From contig OZ365113.1 of the NCBI GenBank assembly GCA_977030845.1, positions 10,912,001 to 10,976,000 on the forward strand: a stretch of DNA of 64,000 bases, in the 5' to 3' direction. The notes beneath the pieces are model-generated. The model made no database searches. It saw only the letters and a program-made list of their open reading frames with translations, and was not told the DNA's origin. Source of the stretch: Fimbriosthenelais zetlandica. Its lineage: Eukaryota. Position numbers and translations under genes: made by a program. This document shows, in pieces, positions 28,204-36,595 of this stretch; position 1 is the stretch's first letter; every line of letters starts with the position of its first letter.

Positions 28204-31200
28204 TCATTTCTCCTCAGGGAGAAATGAAATCAAGTTTTTCACCGCGTTTCTGTACACTATTATTATTATTATTATTATTATTATTCTTATTATTGTTGTA
28301 GTTAGACAAATTTTAAATCGGCTTAAAATCGACTTTCTAATAGAGACAGGAATCTGGTCTTTGGCACACAGGTAGAGCATGGTCAGAAGATGTCAAATGT
28401 GGCAGGATTGACTTTCATGTCATGTCATGTCATGTCATAAAATGACGTCAAACTTGCATAACTGGAAAAATGTATTGGCTGTTTTTTTCAGAAATATTGC
28501 CAACCAAAAATCATGTCACTGGTATCAGGTAACATGTACTTGATGCCCTATCATTTGGTACCATCATTTGACCTGTGGCCTAATTACTGTCTGTTAATTA
28601 GCTAATTAACATGAAATGCAATCACTTAAATGCTATCTACTCCTAGCCTGGTTATTCCAGGTGAATGAAGGTTGCATTATGGACCCTTTAGAGGCTTCTT
28701 GTCATCATGATTAGTTTGATTTTTTAATTGACGTCATAATGACGTCATAATTGACGTCTTAATGACGTCATGGCATCTTTGGGTAAAAAATGGAAAAAAT
28801 GCTTCAAACATGTGAGGGATGGTCATATATGTCCAAATATAAAATATTGTGACAATCCATATTTTAATAAGGGTGTTAATTAAAAAAAAAAAAAAATTGC
28901 AATATGGGAAAAAACAAAGCCAGCAGCAGGATTCGAACCCACACTTACAACCACCATTGGATCACAAGACCAACAGCTTATCCATTGGGCCATGGAGACG
29001 GCATACATAAGCATGGCTTGTAGCCCAGTACCAATTGATCTGTATGTGATGCATGAGTAGTAAGTCAGGGTTGGTTTGGCTCATGATATAGATTGTGAAC
29101 TTTGACAGTCATTCAATGATTTGTGACTCCTATAAATTAATGGGAGTTGGGAAAGTTGGGGAAAATAAATCCTTAGATCTGGCTTGGACATTATTGGCCA
29201 TAAATATCACAGATTACCATGGTTACTATTTTCAATTGGCTTAAAATCGACTTTCTACTAGAGACAGGATTCTGGTTTTGGGTACACAGGTAAGGCATGG
29301 TCAGAAGAGGTCAAATGTGGGAGGTTTGACTTTCATATCATGTCATGTCATGTCATAAAATGATGTAAAATCAGGCATAACTGGGCAAATGTATTGGCCG
29401 TTTTTTCATAAATCTGGCCTACGAAAAATCATGTCACTGGTTATTCCAGGTGAATGGCAAGTTGCATTATGGACCCTTTAGAGGCTTCTTGTCATCATGA
29501 TTTTTTAATTGACGTCATAATGACATCTTAATGACATCATGGCATCTTTTGGTAAAAAGTGGATAAAAATGCTTCAAACATGTGAGGGATGGTCAGATAA
29601 GTCCAAATATAAAATATTGTGAAAGTCCATATTTTATTAAGGTTGTTCATTAAAAATAAATTTTTTTAAAAAATATGGGAAAAAAACAAGCCAACAGCAG
29701 GATTCGAACCCACACTTGCAACCACCATTGGATCTCAAGACCAAGTCATTATACCTCTAGGCTACAAGCCATGCTTGTTTGTGGAGTCTTGATGGCCGAG
29801 TGGTATTAGGTGTTGGTCTTGAGATCCAATGGTGGTTGCAAGTGTGTGTTCGAATCCTGCTGTTGGCTTGGTTTTTTCCCATATTTTTTTTTTATTTTTT
29901 TTTTAATTAACCCCCTCAATAAAATATGGATTGTCACAATGGATTGTCCAGGCAAATGACAAGGTGCATATATGGACTCTTTAGAGGCTTCTTGTCATCA
30001 TGATGTTTTCAATTTTTTAATTGACGTCATAATTGACATTATAATGATGTCATGGCATCTTTGGGTAAAAAATGGAAAAAATGCTTCACACATGTGAGGG
30101 ATGGACAAATACATCCAAATATAAAATATTGTGACAATCCATATTTTATTAAGGGTGTTAATTAAAAACAAAAAATTTAAATTATCGGCAACAAAAAAAA
30201 GCCAACAGCAGGATTCGAACCCACACTTGCAACTACCATTGGATCTCAAGACCAAGACCTTAACCCGCTGAGCCATGCTAGACACATGCATGGCTTGTAG
30301 CCCACTGATCTATGGTGGATGAGAAGTAAGTCAGGGTGGTTTGGGCTCAAGATTTCAATTCCATATGGTTCCACTGGTTCTTATTATTGTTGTAGTTAGA
30401 CAAATTTTAAATCGGCTTAAAATCGACTTTCTAATAGAGACAGGAATCTGGTCTTTGGCACACAGGTAGAGCATGGTCAGAAGATGTCAAATGTGGCAGG
30501 ATTGACTTTCATGTCATGTCATGTCATGTCATAAAATGACGTCAAACTTGCATAACTGGAAAAATGTATTGGCTGTTTTTTTCAGAAATATTGCCAACCA
30601 AAAATCATGTCACTGGTATCAGGTAACATGTACTTGATGCCCTATCATTTGGTACCATCATTTGACCTGTGGCCTAATTACTGTCTGTTAATTAGCTAAT
30701 TAACATGAAATGCAATCACTTAAATGCTATCTACTCCTAGCCTGGTTATTCCAGGTGAATGAAGGTTGCATTATGGACCCTTTAGAGGCTTCTTGTCATC
30801 ATGATTAGTTTGATTTTTTAATTGACGTCATAATGACGTCATAATTGACGTCTTAATGACGTCATGGCATCTTTGGGTAAAAAATGGAAAAAATGCTTCA
30901 AACATGTGAGGGATGGTCATATATGTCCAAATATAAAATATTGTGACAATCCATATTTTAATAAGGGTGTTAATTAAAAAAAAAAAAAAATTGCAATATG
31001 GGAAAAAACAAAGCCAGCAGCAGGATTCGAACCCACACTTACAACCACCATTGGATCACAAGACCAACAGCTTATCCATTGGGCCATGGAGACGGCATAC
31101 ATAAGCATGGCTTGTAGCCCAGTACCAATTGATCTGTATGTGATGCATGAGTAGTAAGTCAGGGTTGGTTTGGCTCATGATATAGATTGTGAACTTTGAC

Positions 31201-34200
31201 AGTCATTCAATGATTTGTGACTCCTATAAATTAATGGGAGTTGGGAAAGTTGGGGAAAATAAATCCTTAGATCTGGCTTGGACATTATTGGCCATAAATA
31301 TCACAGATTACCATGGTTACTATTTTCAATTGGCTTAAAATCGACTTTCTACTAGAGACAGGATTCTGGTTTTGGGTACACAGGTAAGGCATGGTCAGAA
31401 GAGGTCAAATGTGGGAGGTTTGACTTTCATATCATGTCATGTCATGTCATAAAATGATGTAAAATCAGGCATAACTGGGCAAATGTATTGGCCGTTTTTT
31501 CATAAATCTGGCCTACGAAAAATCATGTCACTGGTTATTCCAGGTGAATGGCAAGTTGCATTATGGACCCTTTAGAGGCTTCTTGTCATCATGATTTTTT
31601 AATTGACGTCATAATGACATCTTAATGACATCATGGCATCTTTTGGTAAAAAGTGGATAAAAATGCTTCAAACATGTGAGGGATGGTCAGATAAGTCCAA
31701 ATATAAAATATTGTGAAAGTCCATATTTTATTAAGGTTGTTCATTAAAAATAAATTTTTTTAAAAAATATGGGAAAAAAACAAGCCAACAGCAGGATTCG
31801 AACCCACACTTGCAACCACCATTGGATCTCAAGACCAAGTCATTATACCTCTAGGCTACAAGCCATGCTTGTTTGTGGAGTCTTGATGGCCGAGTGGTAT
31901 TAGGTGTTGGTCTTGAGATCCAATGGTGGTTGCAAGTGTGTGTTCGAATCCTGCTGTTGGCTTGGTTTTTTCCCATATTTTTTTTTTATTTTTTTTTTAA
32001 TTAACCCCCTCAATAAAATATGGATTGTCACAATGGATTGTCCAGGCAAATGACAAGGTGCATATATGGACTCTTTAGAGGCTTCTTGTCATCATGATGT
32101 TTTCAATTTTTTAATTGACGTCATAATTGACATTATAATGATGTCATGGCATCTTTGGGTAAAAAATGGAAAAAATGCTTCACACATGTGAGGGATGGAC
32201 AAATACATCCAAATATAAAATATTGTGACAATCCATATTTTATTAAGGGTGTTAATTAAAAACAAAAAATTTAAATTATCGGCAACAAAAAAAAGCCAAC
32301 AGCAGGATTCGAACCCACACTTGCAACTACCATTGGATCTCAAGACCAAGACCTTAACCCGCTGAGCCATGCTAGACACATGCATGGCTTGTAGCCCACT
32401 GATCTATGGTGGATGAGAAGTAAGTCAGGGTGGTTTGGGCTCAAGATTTCAATTCCATATGGTTCCACTGGTTCTTATTATTGTTGTAGTTAGACAAATT
32501 TTAAATCGGCTTAAAATCGACTTTCTAATAGAGACAGGAATCTGGTCTTTGGCACACAGGTAGAGCATGGTCAGAAGATGTCAAATGTGGCAGGATTGAC
32601 TTTCATGTCATGTCATGTCATGTCATAAAATGACGTCAAACTTGCATAACTGGAAAAATGTATTGGCTGTTTTTTTCAGAAATATTGCCAACCAAAAATC
32701 ATGTCACTGGTATCAGGTAACATGTACTTGATGCCCTATCATTTGGTACCATCATTTGACCTGTGGCCTAATTACTGTCTGTTAATTAGCTAATTAACAT
32801 GAAATGCAATCACTTAAATGCTATCTACTCCTAGCCTGGTTATTCCAGGTGAATGAAGGTTGCATTATGGACCCTTTAGAGGCTTCTTGTCATCATGATT
32901 AGTTTGATTTTTTAATTGACGTCATAATGACGTCATAATTGACGTCTTAATGACGTCATGGCATCTTTGGGTAAAAAATGGAAAAAATGCTTCAAACATG
33001 TGAGGGATGGTCATATATGTCCAAATATAAAATATTGTGACAATCCATATTTTAATAAGGGTGTTAATTAAAAAAAAAAAAAAATTGCAATATGGGAAAA
33101 AACAAAGCCAGCAGCAGGATTCGAACCCACACTTACAACCACCATTGGATCACAAGACCAACAGCTTATCCATTGGGCCATGGAGACGGCATACATAAGC
33201 ATGGCTTGTAGCCCAGTACCAATTGATCTGTATGTGATGCATGAGTAGTAAGTCAGGGTTGGTTTGGCTCATGATATAGATTGTGAACTTTGACAGTCAT
33301 TCAATGATTTGTGACTCCTATAAATTAATGGGAGTTGGGAAAGTTGGGGAAAATAAATCCTTAGATCTGGCTTGGACATTATTGGCCATAAATATCACAG
33401 ATTACCATGGTTACTATTTTCAATTGGCTTAAAATCGACTTTCTACTAGAGACAGGATTCTGGTTTTGGGTACACAGGTAAGGCATGGTCAGAAGAGGTC
33501 AAATGTGGGAGGTTTGACTTTCATATCATGTCATGTCATGTCATAAAATGATGTAAAATCAGGCATAACTGGGCAAATGTATTGGCCGTTTTTTCATAAA
33601 TCTGGCCTACGAAAAATCATGTCACTGGTTATTCCAGGTGAATGGCAAGTTGCATTATGGACCCTTTAGAGGCTTCTTGTCATCATGATTTTTTAATTGA
33701 CGTCATAATGACATCTTAATGACATCATGGCATCTTTTGGTAAAAAGTGGATAAAAATGCTTCAAACATGTGAGGGATGGTCAGATAAGTCCAAATATAA
33801 AATATTGTGAAAGTCCATATTTTATTAAGGTTGTTCATTAAAAATAAATTTTTTTAAAAAATATGGGAAAAAAACAAGCCAACAGCAGGATTCGAACCCA
33901 CACTTGCAACCACCATTGGATCTCAAGACCAAGTCATTATACCTCTAGGCTACAAGCCATGCTTGTTTGTGGAGTCTTGATGGCCGAGTGGTATTAGGTG
34001 TTGGTCTTGAGATCCAATGGTGGTTGCAAGTGTGTGTTCGAATCCTGCTGTTGGCTTGGTTTTTTCCCATATTTTTTTTTTATTTTTTTTTTAATTAACC
34101 CCCTCAATAAAATATGGATTGTCACAATGGATTGTCCAGGCAAATGACAAGGTGCATATATGGACTCTTTAGAGGCTTCTTGTCATCATGATGTTTTCAA

Positions 34201-34987
34201 TTTTTTAATTGACGTCATAATTGACATTATAATGATGTCATGGCATCTTTGGGTAAAAAATGGAAAAAATGCTTCACACATGTGAGGGATGGACAAATAC
34301 ATCCAAATATAAAATATTGTGACAATCCATATTTTATTAAGGGTGTTAATTAAAAACAAAAAATTTAAATTATCGGCAACAAAAAAAAGCCAACAGCAGG
34401 ATTCGAACCCACACTTGCAACTACCATTGGATCTCAAGACCAAGACCTTAACCCGCTGAGCCATGCTAGACACATGCATGGCTTGTAGCCCACTGATCTA
34501 TGGTGGATGAGAAGTAAGTCAGGGTGGTTTGGGCTCAAGATTTCAATTCCATATGGTTCCACTGGTTTTCCTACCCCCATTAACATGACCACAAGTGAAA
34601 TGAAATATCTGTAATTGCAGCAATTACTGTGATGACTAGTTCTTGTAATAAAGTGAAAGATATCCTGAACTATGTAGGCTACAAGTCGCCTATCAGTTAA
34701 TAATATAACACCATCTACTGACAGGTTTTTAAAATTAAATGGTTAAAGGAAAAACACTACAGGGGTTGGAGGCCTAGACAAGTACTAAAGTAGATACGAA
34801 CCTTGTTGCGCTTGGAAGGTGAGAGATTGACTGCAGTTTCTTCATCGCTGGAAAACTCCATGCGATCTCGGTTTTCGATGTGTGTCTTGTACAGTTCCAC
34901 GTACACATCCTTTTTGGCGTCCCTCGGGAAGGGTACGTTGTATTTTGCCAGCTCTGATTTGAGCTTGTCCTTTGTGAATGAAGCCAT
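20885..34987 (-). CDS. TMPO: LAP2beta/thymopoietin-like inner nuclear membrane protein (LEM-like + LEM + C-terminal TM)
   Basis: Exons 34987-34802, 27415-27277, 24280-24110, 21834-21813, 21619-21554, 21218-20885, in phase. The N-terminus FTKDKLKSELAKYNV..KKDVYVELYK..EFSSDEE is LEM-like plus the LAP2 FSSDEE motif. The LEM domain is VDQLSDDELRAALKQHGVNAGPITDSTRRVYIKKLERL. An acidic/Pro-rich linker leads to the TM segment FPIWVQVLIFLAVAAVVYFII and a short tail. The symbol reflects domain architecture; orthology is not tested. Confidence 0.85.
23591..23937. mobile_element. MITE with 3-bp TAA target duplication (PIF/Harbinger, Tourist-like)
   Basis: TIRs GGCCACATTTTTTT(T)ATTGTTTGGTTCGCGGAC ... 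GTCCGCGAACCAAACAATTAAAAAAATGTGGCC, with TAA on both sides (23588-23590, 23938-23940). Confidence 0.8.
28919..28999 (-). pseudogene. tRNA-Leu-derived cassette 'a' (anticodon position TGT); also at 31013-31093 and 33107-33187
   Basis: GTCTCCA TG GCCCAATGGATAAGCTG TTGGT CTTGTGA TCCAA TGGTGGTTGTAAGT GTGGG TTCGAAT CCTGC TGCTGGC, followed by a T-run. A/B boxes are present and the acceptor stem is partly mismatched. Confidence 0.65.
29690..29770 (-). pseudogene. tRNA-Leu-derived cassette 'b' (anticodon position TGA, rearranged 5' end); repeated at +2094 and +4188
   Basis: The 3' two-thirds, TTGGTCTTGAGATCCAATGGTGGTTGCAAGTGTGGGTTCGAATCCTGCTGTTGGC, is nearly identical to cassettes c and d. The 5' part is replaced by the inverted upstream flank of cassette c. 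Confidence 0.6.
29786..29867 (+). pseudogene. tRNA-Leu-derived cassette 'c' (anticodon position TGA); also at 31880-31961 and 33974-34055
   Basis: GTCTTGA TGGCCGAGTGG TATTAGGTG TTGGT CTTGAGA TCCAA TGGTGGTTGCAAGT GTGTG TTCGAAT CCTGC TGTTGGC, 82 nt. It has a perfect A-box TGGCCGAGTGG, a B-box GTTCGAATCC, and T6 4 nt downstream. Confidence 0.7.
30201..30282 (-). pseudogene. tRNA-Leu-derived cassette 'd' (anticodon position TGA); also at 32295-32376 and 34389-34470
   Basis: TCTAGCA TGGCTCAGCGG GTTAAGGTC TTGGT CTTGAGA TCCAA TGGTAGTTGCAAGT GTGGG TTCGAAT CCTGC TGTTGGC, then T8. Six of seven acceptor pairs form (two G-U). Confidence 0.7.
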
Positions 34988-35019
34988 AGTTGGGGGAGAT
35001 TTTTAAACACAACACGCGG

Positions 35020-35105
35020 GGGCTGACAAGATGGCGCCGCCGGTCGACTACTTCCTGCCCAGCGTTCACATACCACTTCCGGTTACCGACTGGTGGCGCC
35101 ATCAG
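35020..35105 (-). promoter_or_regulatory. CpG-rich core promoter of the LEM gene
   Basis: YY1-type AAGATGGCG (35028-35036), ETS-type ACTTCCTG (35050-35057) and ACTTCCGG (35075-35082), 40-95 bp upstream of the ATG. Confidence 0.6.
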
Positions 35106-35526
35106 CGGGATTTAACAGCATCTAACTTTCGCGCGCTTCGGTTTTAAGCATCCATCTGCTGGCTCGTAGACGGAGTAGCCTATCCATCTCTGCTGTGCCC
35201 AGAGTAAGGAGTAAGGGCTGGTTATACTGGCTAGCTGGCTCGATGCATCTATGCTCGATGCCATATGGCTTAACTGTAAGCTATAACTACCGGTAGGCCT
35301 ATGACTTTCATTTTGATAAATAAGTTAATAAAAGATTTTATTATACCCCTGATACTGATCTCCCATAGCCTTAACATAGGAGTTTGATATTGGCATCAGA
35401 GTGCCATAATTTGTCCTGTATTGCACTCTGTGACGTCACAGACATTGTTTCTAGGTTACAGCCGTATTTCTTCCATTTATTAACAATTTTTAATCGTTTT
35501 CTGGTGGTCAAAGGTATAATAAATCA

Positions 35527-35661
35527 AGAACCGACCTCGGTTTGGGACGGGGGTCATATCAACACCACCTCGGCGCTTGGAATTGACTCGGCTACGCCTC
35601 GTCAATACCAAGCGCCGAGGTGGTGTTGATATGACCCCCGTCCCAAACCGAGGTCGGTTCT
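35527..35661. mobile_element. 135-bp foldback/palindromic MITE-like element
   Basis: The 54-bp arms at 35527-35580 and 35608-35661 are perfect reverse complements. They are followed inward by one mismatch, ATTGAC/GTCAAT pairing, and a 13-nt loop TCGGCTACGCCTC. No clear TSD. Confidence 0.75.
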
Positions 35662-36075
35662 ATGTACTGTATGTAGCCATAGAACTGGTGGTTCGCAGTT
35701 TATTCAAAGTAGGCCTAGACAGAGCATCCGTACGTCCCTCCCCCGTAGCCTAGTCAACTGGAGGCTGCCCGTGAGGCTTGGATGTCAGGCTAGCCTAACC
35801 TATATATGATCCTATATCTATCAGCCAATTCGAGGCCTGAGCCATATTGTACGGTAGGCACTAGGTTATAGGCCTAATTATGTCCTCTAGTGGGTGACTT
35901 TACGTTGAATTAAAACACATAATCTTTAAATTATTTTCGGCTTTGTTTATTGAAAGAATAATATATCACATTATTAGGCTAGGCCTACATTAGCACATTT
36001 GCCATGTTTATGGTATTTTATTTGTGTTGTATTTTATAATTTTATAAACTTTTACAAGTTTTATAACTTATTCTA

Positions 36076-36145
36076 TGTAAAGCGCCTTTGAGCAGGTTTT
36101 TATACATGAAAAGGGCGTTATATAAATCCGGGGTTATTATTATTA
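36076..36145 (+). mobile_element. 3' tail of an L2-clade LINE or partner SINE
   Basis: TGTAAAGCGCCTTTGAGC...GAAAAGGGCGTTATATAAAT...TTATTATTATTA matches the typical L2-type 3' end (GTAAAGCGCT..GAG...GCGCTATATAAAT + (TTA)n). Confidence 0.6.
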
Positions 36146-36595
36146 AATTCGACAAATTGGGAACAGTGCTTGTAGGCTATTTTCAGACGTTTCTACGTTC
36201 TAACTTCTAAATGATAGGCTACAGATAATTATATACCACATACATTTATAAGTATTCTTCGTTAGCCTAATGTAACTATTAGTGCTTTCTATTATGAGAA
36301 TTCGCCAATAGAAAACTTAGGCCTAGACTGACTGACAAATCAATCTTGTGTGAACCATAGGCCTAAGCATTATTTCGTTGATTTTAAATGATAGACTACA
36401 AAATGTACTTACAAACATAGCATATACATGTACGTCTACTGTTAATACAGATTTACACGCCGAGTAGGATATGATATATATACATGTTAGACCTACTAAT
36501 CTTCGCCGGTGATTCTAGTTATATAACAAGAGTATTTTGCTATTAATTTAAATAAGGTTATTATGTGGCAAGTTCTAATTCAGATGACAGTTTTC

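Larger units (their letters stand above)
28284..34567. repeat. Tandem array of 3 x 2,094-bp units, each a higher-order repeat of ~0.4-0.9-kb monomers
   Basis: Unit starts (TTCTTATTATTGTTGTAG) are at 28284, 30378 and 32472, and the match ends at 34567. The identical 97-aa spurious ORF recurs at 29998, 32092 and 34186. The 15-A run is the same length in all three units. Within a unit, GGCTTAAAATCGACTTTCT recurs at 28320 and 29238. Confidence 0.97.
28113..34630 (+). mobile_element. Helentron/HINE-like non-autonomous rolling-circle element containing a tandem array
   Basis: The 5' end follows TT and is a perfect 13-bp hairpin ATTTCATTTCTCC-TCAG-GGAGAAATGAAAT, then a short spacer and (TTA)n. The 3' end has GTGAAATGAAAT (34595-34606, 11/12 inverted match to the 5' arm) followed by the hairpin GTAATTGC-A-GCAATTAC (34611-34627). 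The interior is tandemly repeated. The exact 3' boundary is uncertain. Confidence 0.6.

Noticed and set aside
28919-30282. Calling the cassettes functional tRNA-Ser/Thr genes
   Set aside because: Mismatched acceptor stems, a T-T pair at the base of the anticodon stem, an unpaired variable arm and a non-standard discriminator base.
29998-30291. 97-aa ORF repeated three times (also 32092 and 34186)
   Set aside because: It is the read-through of tRNA-like cassette d and AT-rich repeat sequence; repetition only reflects the array.
28284-34567. CRISPR-like or rDNA/5S-type array
   Set aside because: No short repeat-unique spacer structure, no cas genes, and no rRNA, 5S, snRNA or histone sequence in the unit.
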